From: Lama glama | Taxonomy: Eukaryota | DNA: 64,000 nucleotides | Assembly (NCBI GenBank): GCA_028534125.1 | Contig: CM052816.1 | Location: 30,816,001-30,880,000, forward strand | Direction of reading: 5' to 3' | Shown: positions 39,655 to 52,522 of the stretch, in pieces | How positions within the stretch are numbered: the first letter of the stretch is position 1 | Layout of the letters: the number at the start of each line of letters is the position of its first letter | Position numbers and translations under genes: made by a program | The notes under the pieces: model-generated | Databases searched by the model: none | What the model saw: only the letters and a program-made list of their open reading frames with translations | Told to the model about the DNA's origin: nothing

Positions 39655-39830
39655 GCATACATAGGAACGAAAACTCCTCCCTAAAAAGGTGTGGATACTT
39701 TATCAGGATAAATACTGACCCTCATGTGAAATGTATCAACAAGAGTTAGGAGTAGAATTGGCGGCTCCTATCTTGTCTGCAAGTGGGACCAAATCAAATC
39801 TCTAAATTCAAAAAACATAACCAAACAGGA

Positions 39831-40293
39831 TATTACGGGGCCTTCTTGGCATGGATCCCTCCCCCATCTCCTCTGCTGAAGCTCCTGTCTGAGGTACCCA
39901 GATAACAAGTATCTGATGCACGTTTCCTGAGTTGTTTTCAAGGTGCTAAAATCCCCACCAAATGGAAGTCATTAACTACTTGATGACCATGTGCAAGTAG
40001 CCCCCAGGCCTACTGAGGCCTAACTCCTATGACACCACCCTGTTACCTCACCATTAACCAATCACAGAACTGTGCACGAGCTGATCACGTACCAGGTGCC
40101 CCGTCTCCCTCACCTGGCCTTTAAAAACATTTTCCTGAAACTGATCTGGGAATCCAGGCTTTTGGAGCACCAGCTGTCCTGCACTCCTGGTACAGTGCCC
40201 TACCGTACACAGTGAACTTTCCTTCACAACCCAGTGTCAGTAGACTGGCCTTACTGCACATGGGTGAGCAGACCCAAGTTTGGTTTGGTGACA
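39831..40293 (+). mobile_element. ERV1-like solo LTR
   Basis: Termini t(a)ttac...gtgaca resemble TGTTAC...GTAACA; internal aaccaatca and tttaaaa; U5-like end gagcagacccaagtttggtttggtgaca. Confidence 0.75.
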
Positions 40294-40899
40294 AAAATAG
40301 CTGCATTCAAATGTATTTGGAATATTTTAGGAGGCCAAAAATCGTAATTGCTTAACGTACTAGGATTCAGTCCAGGGAAAAGTCTGTTAATAATGAACTC
40401 AGAGAGGAAATAAATGCATCTTGAAAGAGGGGGGGTAGAAATGACATCAGCAGAGTTGAATGAGAAGCCTTTTCTGGTTGAAGCACGGGGTTATATCCCA
40501 TGAATATCCATGCTGCATAGCTCCAAACCCTTTTCTCGTTGCCAAGCTGCTTAGAGCAAGGAAAGATTTATCTCCATTCAGAGCAGGCATGCTGGGGATG
40601 GTATTGAAGAGAATGTTGCAGAGAAAGCTGAGTAAGAAATTCAGTTTTGACTGCCATTTAGGAAGGTTCAGCAGACATACACTGCCCTTTCTCTAATAAG
40701 GGCAAAATGAAATTATGGTCCAGAGTTAAGTTCCCCTAAAAGGGTATTTCATAGTACTTTTTATTTTTTAATATCATAAAAACAAATGAGGAAATACTAA
40801 AGGAGTTACTTGAAGTAACTCATATTTTTCACCCTAGAAGTTAGGTTATAAATAGTAATTTCAAAATCTAACTTGTTTTCCCCATCTGCCTTTAGGATA

Positions 40900-41170
40900 A
40901 AGGTCATAAACTGGCAGCTCATGAGTAAGTCTGACCCATCTGATATGCCACCAGCTTTAAAAAAAATAGTTTTATAATATTAACATTTATTTGGAAAAAA
41001 TTTTTAAAAAACCAAAAAGACAACCAGTCATAGGGCCAAATCAGCTACAGCTGAGTTGCCTCCGCCAGCTTTCAAATAAAGAGGCCTCTTTATCTCCCAA
41101 CAACTCCCACCTGAGTCACTTTTCTTTCATTTCTACTGCCTGCCCTCACAGGTATCTGAGATCTTGAGTA
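40900..41170. mobile_element. hAT-Charlie DNA transposon fossil (MER102-like)
   Basis: ggtcataaactggcagctcatgagtaagtctgaccca...tgcctgccctcacaggtatctgag. Confidence 0.45.
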
Positions 41171-43844
41171 GTGCAAACTCATACCCTTTTTGATGAATTA
41201 CATTCTTTAACTAGAAAATACTTTTTTCACTTATATTTGATACGTAATCTTTTAAAAAAAATGTTTTAGCTGCAAAGAAAGGGGAAATAAGCCACAGTAA
41301 GTTTTCTGTATGGTCAGCAACTACTGGCTGGAGACATTATCAGAATGCACCCACCTGAGCTGAAGGTTTAGGACCTAGCAAAGAGGACCTAGGTTCCATG
41401 GTCTTTCCAGAACTTAAAATAGAAAAAAATTAAAAATCTCACTGAATCAATCAACAGGCAAAACGGTGTACTCTTCTCAAGATAGGGATGGGCATCAATT
41501 TTCTACACTGCTCGACCGAATTTTTAGGAATTTCTTTTATTTGTTACATGTAAGTGGCTTTAGAGCCTAAAAGACTGAGAAAACTAAGTTTCTTGCCTAA
41601 GGGGGAGACTTTGGCAAGAAGCGAAATATGTCTAGAGAATGCAAAAGCCAGTAGGTGTAAAAAGAACAACAGCCCGGACAGTAAAGCTGAACTCCGAGAA
41701 TTCACTTAGCAGTAAATGCCCCCGTTTCTGCTCCGAGCTAACAGCCAAGCCCTGCCCCTCAGAGGCAATTAAAATTATACGTGGTCTACCTGGCTATTTC
41801 CCCTTCTTAGATCTACATCAGGCCCTGCTGCTCTGCATAACAAGACCTAACCTGTCCACCCCGAGTCTACCCCTAACTGAGGAGCAGGCCCAGAGAGGGA
41901 GAGACTGATTTGGGTTTCCAGCTCCAAGATGCTGGCGCTCTGCAACTCCTGCAGTAACTTCTGAGATCATTTGGGAGATTGCAACCTTAAGACAAATCCA
42001 TCACTGAAGTTGCCAGAGGGCAACAAAAACTTCACCGGCTTGACTCTAGGAGCACTCCTGGCAGCTTTCCATAAGGCAGAGGGTAACAAGGCAAGTGTGA
42101 CCGAATCCTGAGCTACAAGCTGCCTGGAAAGCTCGGGCCAGAGGTCCCAATCAGGGCCGTGCAGCACCCACTCCGTCGCAGGCCCACATGCCCCAATTAG
42201 GCTCGAACAAAGAGCAAGCTGAGCAATTACATCAGTCAGAGGGCTCCCGTGGGGAAAGAGGCACATTCAAATTGACGCAAGCCCTGGAGCTGTTGAAGTC
42301 AAGCGCTAGTTACACTCATAGCAAGGATTCCTGGAGGAAATGGGGCTGGTTGAGCATGTGTGAGGACTGCCAAAAGGATCAGGGCACCAGGTTATTCCAC
42401 AAACTCCAGAGGATCATCCTCTCTGATCTGCCAGAGGGCCAGGAATCACTGAGAGAAAACTGATGACAGACAGCCCAGGGCACAGAGGTAGTTTGACAGG
42501 GGAGAAAATGAAATCACAAGTCACTCAGTCTGCCAGCAATTCACTCCTCTGCTCATTTAGAACAAAGTGCAAAATACAATAACTGGGGAAATAATGCAAT
42601 AATGTTAACTAATGCAGTCTGATGTATTTGTTACATCATCAGTTTTTGTTAGAGTGAGTTTTTTTTTTAATTTACTTTATTTGTTCTCACAACATGGCTT
42701 CATATTTCTGCGCAAATACCATTATTTATCAGCCAAACAGGAAAAAAAAGTTAATATATCAAGAAGAGTAACTCCAAGGCAAATAATCACATTTTCCCTT
42801 GTCTATAGAAAGTTTTAGCAATTATTCAATTATCTGATGCTGACTGGAAACATAAAATATGCTGTATACTTAAATAATGGATAAAAAGGAAGTATTAGGA
42901 AAACTCAGATGTTTTATAGCAAAACCAACTTGAGTCAAACTTTCCTTTAGATACGAAACTATTCGGGTGATTTCTTTTCTTCTTTGGAATTTCTACAATT
43001 AACTTGTCCAATACTTGATGTTTATAGAGTACTTTAAATTTCCTAGTGTTTTACAACCACTGGTTAGTTTTTCTTTACAACATTCCCGAAAGGTGTGAGC
43101 AGTAAAACTTCCCACCAGGAACAGAACAGGAAATTCTAAACTGCCATTAGAAAAGATATTCTTGTAAGGCGTTCTGGGTGGCAAACAGACTAAGGAAGTC
43201 AGCTGCTTATTCATTTTACCAATTTAGTTTGGAGTAAAGTCTTCCAAAATGTATTTGAACTCAGCTATGTCATTAACCTTCCATGGTATAATTATGATTC
43301 ATTATCGCAGATCCTGGCAAGGAACTAAAGGTTAACATCGGGGCCCTGAGATCAAGCCTAGAGTTGGAAGGACTTAGAGAGCTCAGAAATTCCAGAATAG
43401 CTCTGAAAGGCAGGCCATCTCTGACAGATGGAAATTGATTTTCAAGTTCTCCAAATACGCCCTTTCTTCAAAGCTGTCCTGTTTAATGTCTTTTGGTACA
43501 GAAATATTACTTTCTTATAGGCAACCGAAATCCAGACTTTAAGCCTATTTCCACTGGCTCACATCTCACTGAAAAAGGAGAAATACGGTGACAAACTACT
43601 TATACTAAACTTAAAAAAGAAATGTGGTAATTTCACAACTATGTTTCACAACTACTTAGTTTTTCAATAGATGTGCTTGGTTCTTAGACCACATGATCTT
43701 GATTGAGCTTTGCACTCTGCACTTCTAGGCTCAGTGGGGACTGATCAGAACAGTCGTCTTTAGAAAGTATGGCAAAGGTGACTGACAAGTTTAATAAATA
43801 TTCAACTCAAAAACAGTCACAGCACCTTTATAAAGCAAATGATT

Positions 43845-44530
43845 TCAACAATCATTTAATGAGTCTCTGCTATGTCCTGAAATACTGAGCAGTGGGTGCT
43901 TCTTGTTAAAAAAAAAAAGTATTATCTACCTATAGGAAGATTGAAATATGTTATGGAAATAAAAGCACATTTTAAGTAGTCAAACAACTGAAAAATCAAT
44001 ATAAGGAAAATGCAAACTGTGTAGTTTAGACAGAATTAAGAGACAGGTCAATGTAAAGTAAGAAATATTCTAATGGAAGAGATAGGACTTGAACTGAAAC
44101 TTGAAGGAGTGTATTTAAACGAGAGAAACAGAAGGAAAGCACATTCTCAAGAAAGGAAGCAACGAGTGTAAAAACTACCTAATTAGAATGGCCAATTCTT
44201 AGATTAATGATAAAAAATGCTTACAGTAAACAGTTGATTGCACAGTAAAACAACAAAGATTAAGTTGAGTAACATACAGAAAATTATCCTTCAATCTCAT
44301 GTAAAAGATGTAATTGTTCCAGGTGTGAATTTTGATCTGGCTTGGAGATTACTACAGGAAGACAAGACAGTGAGCAATGATGGGATATCAGTAATTTAAT
44401 GGATAATAAAGACAAAAATAGGTCCGCTGGGACACAGAGATGGCATAATATGAAGGAAGGGGTTTGATGGAACAGTATTTTAAGACACAAGAGAGGAACA
44501 TAAAATTAGATTTTAAAAAGTCCATTAAAG
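43845..44530 (-). mobile_element. L2 fragments
   Basis: ttcaacaatcatttaatgagtctctgctatgtcctgaaatactg; ggacttgaactgaaacttgaagga. Confidence 0.6.
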
Positions 44531-44639
44531 GTAAGTCTTCTAATAAACAGAAATGAAGGCAAAGATGATCATAATTAAGGAATTCTTATTATAGAATAAG
44601 TACACCCTTTGCACCTGTTGTGGAAGTACCTCTTTAAGC

Positions 44640-45500
44640 TTCTTTCTAAGACTGATCTGTTTCTTGACCCTCTTCCTTTCTTAGCATCTCTACAAACTCT
44701 CCCTGATTTTGCTTATTCATCACTGGTTTCAACTCTTTTGAACATACACACTTATTAAAACAAACATGGGCCCCACATTTACTTTTCTGTTTTCAAACCC
44801 TTGGCTGATGGTTGTCAACAGATGTTCCATAGACCATCCCCAATATTTGCGGATCAAATCTACATCAAAAACAGAATTCCTACATTTCCCCCAAACTCAA
44901 ACCTTCTACAGCCAACGTCCATGTCCTCTGTTCTGAGGCAATCAAATAATTTTAGTCTTTATTTTCTCTCCCCACATTCCTTATAGCAGCCTCTCACTTA
45001 ACCTCTCTGCCTCCAACTTTCCCTATCTTTAATCTCTAATTTAAAACATGTTTGATAAAGTTACTCCACTGCTACAAAAGTATAATGAGTTTTTTGAGAG
45101 CTCTAGAACATGTTCCATATTTGATAGCATCCAAAACCCCATTCTATCTTTTCCAGTCTTTCTTTCCAGACATCATACCACTTAGTGTCTTTCTATTTCC
45201 AGAATATTATCTGGAAATATATCTCCAATATGGAGCCATGACTACAGATATTTATCCATATCTGAAAACCTTCAACTCTGTTCTCTTGGAAAATTTTCCA
45301 TTGCACACAGGGCATCTTCTCCTCTGATCTCTCACCCACATTGAATTAGTAACTCCTCTAAGTGACAACTAACCCCACTTTTTGCTCTACTGGCAATTTA
45401 CAGAGTGACCGCTATGCTTACATATCATTTTACTGTCAATTTGTCAAACTATCAGATTGCTGGTCCACAAGCTGCAGACACATAGCTGCCCAATAAATGC
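44640..45500 (+). mobile_element. L2 fragments
   Basis: Pyrimidine-rich; caaatctacatcaaaaacagaattc, agcctctcacttaacctctctgcctcca; ends caataaatgc. Confidence 0.55.
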
Positions 45501-46717
45501 TACAAGATTTTAATTGTGACCTTTTCTGTAACCTAAAGAAAGATTATCTTCTGAGAGTATTTTCTAAAGTAAGGAGTTGTAAGTACTTGTCCAGTTTCTT
45601 TTATAAGCACATACATTTCTTTGTAAGATATTCTTTCTATCATGCTCTGAATAGTGCCAGATCATTAGGCACCAAAAAACAAACAAAAACACATTCCAAT
45701 TACATGGCTTCTATGACAGAGACAGAAAACATAGAACTGAGCACGACTGCAGTGCGATGCACACAGAAGCTGCTCTACACATGTTGCTTACAAGGATTTC
45801 TAATATAATTAGTTAATAGAATTACATTGGAAAGAATATTCGGATAAGCAGAATATCAGACTCCAATATAGTTTAGGGTTTTTACAAAAACTGGACGTTA
45901 CATAGTAAGAGTTCAGGCACTGGACTGAGACAGAACAGCTGACATCTAACTTTTCAGCACTTATATATGTCATATGGCTGTTACAAAGATAAATGAAATA
46001 ACACATGCAGAAAAGCTGGCATAAAGGTACCTATTTTGATCATTAAAATGATTGAAATTGCATTATCTATATAAACTGTGGAAAACAGAGGCAAGAAGAT
46101 GAGCTGGAGAATCAGATAGCGCTGTTTCAGTATTTGTCAGACCTATGACGTAGGATAGTTAATTAACTCCACTAAGTGTCCTTTCTTTTTTCTTAATTGC
46201 ATCTATAACATGAGACACAAATTCATGCTTTTAAACTGAGATGGACATTGCAACTAGCATGAAAACTGGCACACAGAACATACTAAAAAAACATGCTTCT
46301 TTTCACTTCCGCTCATGTACAATGCCAATTTTTCACTTATCTTTTTAACAGTGTCAGTTTTTAAAGACAAAAGAATATTTTCTACTAATTACATCAGAAT
46401 TTAATAGCCTATTTACTCGTAAGGGAGATTTCTCAGTGTTAGCTTTGGCCAAAGGTCCTTCACTGAAATAGTATTTAGGTGCTGATTTTTCTAAAATCAG
46501 TGATAAAAAACAAAAATTTAGAGGACACAGAATTATGCCACTACAGTATGAGATTTCAAAGTACAGTCTCTGATTTTATCCAGGTAGCTCAAAAGTCCTT
46601 AAAACTCCAGTGCTTTTTGTCCCCATCCACAAAATTTAAAAAATAAAAACAAACGTCCATGAATCCCTATTATCACCTAACTGCCAATATATTTCCACTA
46701 ATACCTAGATTTAGTTT

Positions 46718-47424
46718 GAGAGAAGTCTTTTTTTTTTTTTTTATCAACCAAAGTCCACAGTTTACATTGGGGTTCACTCTTGATGTTGTACTTCTATGGG
46801 TTTTGACAAATGCATAATGACATGTAGCCACCACTATAATATCATACAGAATAATTTCATTGCCCTAAAAAATCGCTTGTGCTCCATCTATTCATTCCTC
46901 CTTCCCTCCCTCTCCATAAACCCCTGGAAACCATGATCTTTTCATTGTTTTTGTAGCTGTGCCTTTTCCAGAATGTCATTTGGTTGGAATCACAGAGTTT
47001 GTAGCCTTTTCAGACTGGCTTCTTTCATTTAGTAATATGTCTTTTAAGTTTCTTCCATGTCTTTCATGGCTTGATAGCTCATTTCTTTTTTTTTTTTTAA
47101 CTGCCCATCTATTTTAAATTTACATATATGTACTGTTCATTGTTTCTAAGGATGTTTAGAGCTTTAGCTTTTTAAACTTACATAGTTATCAAAGGAAAAA
47201 AGCCAAACACAAAATAAGAATTAATTCAAAAAGACACATACATCCTGCTATTAGCAGCAACGCTATTTTCAATTACCAAGACATGGAAGCATCCTAAGTG
47301 CGTATGAATAGTTAGATAATGAAGATGCAGTATGTATGCATATATGTATGTGTGTGTATATACATATATGAAAACAACTCACCCTAAAAAAGAAGGATAT
47401 TTTGCGATTGGAGAGAAGTCTTTT
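46718..47424 (-). mobile_element. Composite L1-mediated retro-insertion with two poly(A) tracts inside one TSD
   Basis: TSD gagagaagtctttt at 46718-46731 and 47411-47424; T15 at 46728-46742; minus-strand L1MC-like piece 46743-47085; T13 at 47086-47098; unknown sequence 47099-47220; plus-strand L1 piece 47221-47410. Confidence 0.85.
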
Positions 47425-48359
47425 AAACAACAAATTTTCATTGTTCTAATCCTGCTCTTGGTAATTTAGACTTACAGCCCTGATATTTTTCATCAATTCT
47501 AAAGGAATATAGAGACCAGTGAGAAATATTAGATGCAGTGAGAAAGAGGGAAAAGAAATTTTTCCTTTGTTAAACTTCACTTACTTTACCAATGTTCTGT
47601 TAAATTTATTTGCATGATCTATAAATTTCTAGTTATCACATTATTTGTAGTAGAGTGGAAACAATGGTTAACTATGCATTTTTCTTCATGATTTTAGGTG
47701 TAACCAAGAACTCAGAATATCTTAAATAATAAGCCATTCATGTCTACCCTCAGTAAAATCAGTGCTTTGAAATGAATAAATAGCGATTTTTTTTAACCAA
47801 TTTTGGAGGTACATGAATGTTTAATTCCTAGAGAGCCTAATGGAGACCTCACTCTCACTGATTTTTGCTTTTTAAATAGATGTCAATTTACTAGCAAAAA
47901 TGGAAAAGGACAGAGTTTTTCATTTCTCCCACCAGGATTTATTTTCTTCAGCATCTCCTCTCCTGCACATCTCATTTATTACAGCTGGAAAAAAATAATT
48001 GTGATTAATGACCTAATTTGAAGCAAAATGAGTTTGATTAATCAACATTTTCTTATAAAGTGTCACTTTTGGAGCAAGAATTTTTTGTGACAGTTTATGG
48101 GTATTTGTAATCTCTAAGAACCTGTTAAGCTTCTTGAATACACTGCCTATAAGTTTGTCACAATTCACTGATTTAAAAGTGTTTTGCACAGTTTACAGAG
48201 GAGTAATTTAATACAAAATATATCAGTAATACTGCCTTTGTCACAAGGCATAACTTTTGTAGAGTTGAATCAGAGTCTGTTTCCTCTATGCATATTGAGT
48301 ATTACTAGCATACATGTCATTAGATCCAACTGAAAGATGCCATTTGCTGCCTAACCACA

Positions 48360-49345
48360 AATTCCCATCCTCTTGTTGCTTTCAACTTATTCTCTTTGTG
48401 TTTGGATTTCAACAGTTTGGCTATAATATGTTTACTTGTGATCAACAAATAATGGATAAAAATTACCTTAAGTACTGTAAACTATTAAGTCTCTCAGCCT
48501 TTGCCAAAGGGTTTATATGTGCATATTGAAACACATCTTCAACACCCATCAGACTGTTTGCAACTCCACCTTAGCCTTCACTTTCTCCTTGCACAGGACA
48601 TCAAAATGAGCCAGAAGTGAAAGATTAGTGTCTTTCCAAGTCTTTCCTGGGCATGAGCACAGCTCTACCTATGTAATTGTCCTTCCAGTATCCCAGGTAT
48701 ACGTCAGAAGAGCTTTCCCCAAAACCATGAAAAATTTTTTTGCCAGTTTTCCCAGTAAGGTTTTTTTTGTTGTTGTTAGCATCTTGTTAATCCCAGCTGG
48801 TGTCACCTCTGTAGGCAACTGCAATATCAACTAGCTGCTGCTGATTGTTTATGAAAAACACCTAATGAGAATGGCTGAAAAAAGAATAGACTGTTTGCAC
48901 ACATGGAAAGTACTGAATCAGGCTAAACAGAGAAAAGTCCTGACAATGGAGCTTTTCAGGGAACTGCCAGATGGGTCAAATAGTGACGGTTCTCCGGGGA
49001 TGAGGCATTTAGTAAGCTCCCAACCTGTTCTGCCCCTTCAGTGGCTATCAGGCTACCGGTTTTCACAGCTACATGCCTGCAGTCCTTTTGGTTTCAAAAT
49101 CAATGTAGATCTTAGAAGAGGGAATTGGGAAAAGGGAAAATCAAAACATCAGAAAGTTTGATAGTCTTACTGAGATTCCACTCCTTTTCTTGAATACATA
49201 CTCTCTGGATTGTTGCAAGTCTTTGATTATTTTCCAGAATTCTAAAAGAGTAAATTTTGACAGTCTTTGTCACTCTTATCATTTCTTTTATTGGGGAATG
49301 GATCTGGGGGAATCCTTACTCCATTATTCTGGAGAGTACCAGTCT
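48360..49345 (-). mobile_element. Old L1 5' UTR region
   Basis: ttagccttcactttctccttgcacagg, gtctttcctgggcatgagcacagc and tctggattgttgcaagtctttgattattttccagaattctaaaagag resemble antisense L1M 5' sequence. Confidence 0.65.
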
Positions 49346-50139
49346 AGAGAATGTTTTTTGTTTTTTTTTCTTTTTTTTTACTTTTAGTTCAATGTAATTC
49401 TTCTTCCCTTACTCAACTATTCATAGGGAGCCTACTAAACTGTTCTTAGCTTTGTGGTTTGAATACAAAAATCAGTAAAAGCAAGGTCTTTTTTGTCTCA
49501 AATCGTTTATAATCTCATCATAAATCTCCATGGGTGGGGCGTGCTCTTTGTTGCAAAAAAAAAAAAAAAAGCCTTAGTAGTTGTAAAAATATAGAAATGG
49601 TAGAGATCATTAAATTATCTACCCAACTTTACATTTTAAAGATGTGAGCACAAAGGAAGTTTTTAAATATAAATAAATAAACAAATAAAGAAAGGAAGAA
49701 AGAGAGAGAAAGAAAGAAAGAAAGGTGTGAGCACAGTGGATTCCATGATTTTGTTCAAATCACAACACAGAAACTACTGGAGCTGCTAGCAGAAAATGGG
49801 ATTTTTTACTCTCAACCAAGTAATTATTTCTCTCCATCTCTCATCCCAATTTCAAAATCACTGAGTTAATTCACACTTTTTATTAAGTGCAGGAGACATC
49901 TTAAATTAACTGTCTTAGAGCACACAGAAGGAAAATATAACTGGAAAACAATGTAACTTTTGCCAAGAAATTTATAATGTAAGAAATACTTAGGATTTAC
50001 ACACATGAAAGATAGAAATGTACAATTAGATTTCCCCCAATCTATTTATATAGAGACTCTATTTAAATTAGTGGGATTTTTCTCCCCAAGTGATTGGCAT
50101 CATGAGCCTAGTCACAATGAGGCCCTCAGGAAAATATAC

Positions 50140-50430
50140 ATACAACTAAGTTATGAATTTCAACTATAAAGGACAACTTCCATCTAATTCATGACAGCCA
50201 TCGTCTCCAAAGTAAGTCTTCCCCAACTTCGTTAGTCAGAGTCATGCTCCCACAGCACTTTAATTATAGTTTCCCTGTAGTATTTACTGATATAATTCAT
50301 CTTCTTTATCTGCCTGCCTTTCCCACTAGACACGCTCACATCTCTGAAAACATATATTGCCACTCTGAATCAGCAAAATCTAAGAGACACATAGTATTTA
50401 TTTAACAACTGTTTCAATGAATGGATTAAA
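50140..50430 (+). mobile_element. L2 3' fragment
   Basis: tctgcctgcctttcccactagac...acacatagtatttatttaacaactgtttcaatgaatg. Confidence 0.55.
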
Positions 50431-52486
50431 TCATGCTTGCATTTTTCCTTCCACTTCGCTTGGGCAAATAGAGACTCAGAATGGATACAATCCCAGAAAC
50501 ATCATCCTGGAGTTGAATGTGGGTGGATTTAAGTCAATGGATTTGTCTGTTGACACTCGCAAGGGGAAAAGCTGAGTTCAGCTACTTGAAGTACAGGGAT
50601 AACTGGGAAAAAAAAAAAAAAAGAGAAATTGTTTCCTCAGCTGAACACAAGTACCAAAACTATGCCTGGGAATAAATAAACTCTATTCACATCAGGTAAC
50701 TCAACTCCCACCTTGGCAGAAAGAGCAAATCAGGAAAAGCCAGCATGGATTAAGAACAATCTTCTTTCCTGTTATGCTGCCATGAGATGTGCCTTGAAGA
50801 GTTCTCAGGCCATTTGCTTTGATACAAAAAAACAGGAAAAAGGGTAATCTCAGGGGATGGTACATAACCACTTTTCCCTATTATGTTTAAATTTAGTGTT
50901 ACCAGCAGTAGATGAAAAGTCTTCCCTCTTGACAGAAATAAGGCCAAAGAGTTTCATTGTTGTGAATTACCCACCACAGAAACTCTTCTGTTCACATCCA
51001 GAATTTACCATGATATAAAAAAGATATATCCCTAAGTAGCAAAAGCAGACATAAAATATATGAAGCTAGATATAATAGATATTTTAGGTACAATGAAAAG
51101 GAAAGGTTAAAAAGAAGATGTTCCTTATCAAGAATAGAATTATTCACCCAGTGAGTGAGTGAACCTCATTTTCAAAACTAAGGCTGGATTGTAAAACTAA
51201 TACTTTTACTTCTATGATAAGAAGAGTCCTTTAAGAAATCAGAGTTTCTTGTGAAAAGTCCATGAGGACTGTACATTCATAAAACTTAAGCACATTGTAT
51301 TGTGTATATGTTATATCCATTATTCCAAAAAAACTCCCCATTATCTATTTTGAACTCTAGGCTATCTTATTAAAATTAAACAATCATAAATTATTTGATA
51401 TTGCTTTGGGAGTACATACCATCCCATTCTTGCTATTGAATACAATCAAGTTTTATTATTATTATAATTATTATTTTTATATTACCGGCATTCTGTCCTC
51501 AGTCACTGACTTGTTTTTACTTTAACTTTCATGTTATCCAATAACTGCAACAGTCCACGGGGAAAAACGGGTTCCAAAGTGTTCTCTACTGTTCTTTATG
51601 CACATTTTGATGGAAAAAAATGAGTTTGTTGCTTTGCATTCAGTCAAAATAGCTCCAATTTTGTCAATTTTTTTCACATATATATGTATGTGTGATTCCT
51701 GGGAATGGTAAACACAGTTGCACATATATTTAGGCCAACATTTTCACCTTGATACTAACATAGAGAAGTGTAAAATCAGAACACTTTCATTTGTAATGCA
51801 TGTTGTGTCATGGCCACAGGGTTCCAAAATATTTTTTTAAAAACTCAAACTTATTCTTAATTTCCTTTAAGGCCTTGTTATGTTGCTTTGATTCATTCTT
51901 AAACTAATCTTTTTCCCAAATGTACCTATGAACATAAATGATGAAAGGGTCATCTGATAAACCGTTATCTAGAGACAGCTAAGCAAAATACAATGTGATT
52001 AGAAGCATGACACTACAAATGAGGGAATATCAAAATTAAAGTCCTGTCAAAATTGAATTGGCTCCTTGGAAATTTTCATTCTTTCATGAATTAAAAATCT
52101 AAATGTTTCTTCCCTAATTCTCCGTATAATGTTACCTGTAGCTGAAATCACACCAGACAGACTATAATAAGTCACTCTAGAGGAGTGCTTTGCATTAGAT
52201 AGGAAAGGGAGGGATGGAGGGAGGAAGAGAGGAAAACAGAAGGGACTAAGGAAAGAAAGAAGGAAGCAAACAAGCAAGGAAATTTTCAGGAAGCTATGAT
52301 AGTCAGCAGAAATGTGCAGAGCTACAGAGCAGCAAAAATTGATTCTTTATGCCAGTTTTGTCCCAAAGCATAATAAATAACAACAACAAAAAAATTACTC
52401 TTCCAGAATTTCAAGATTTGAAACACTAAGGAGTTGGACAGACATGTTACTTTTAGTGTATTATATTTTTAATATATCTTTAAAAG

Positions 52487-52522
52487 TTATATATATATAT
52501 ATTTATTTATTTATATATATAT
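52487..52522. repeat. (TA)n/(TTTA)n microsatellite
   Basis: Directly visible. Confidence 0.9.
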
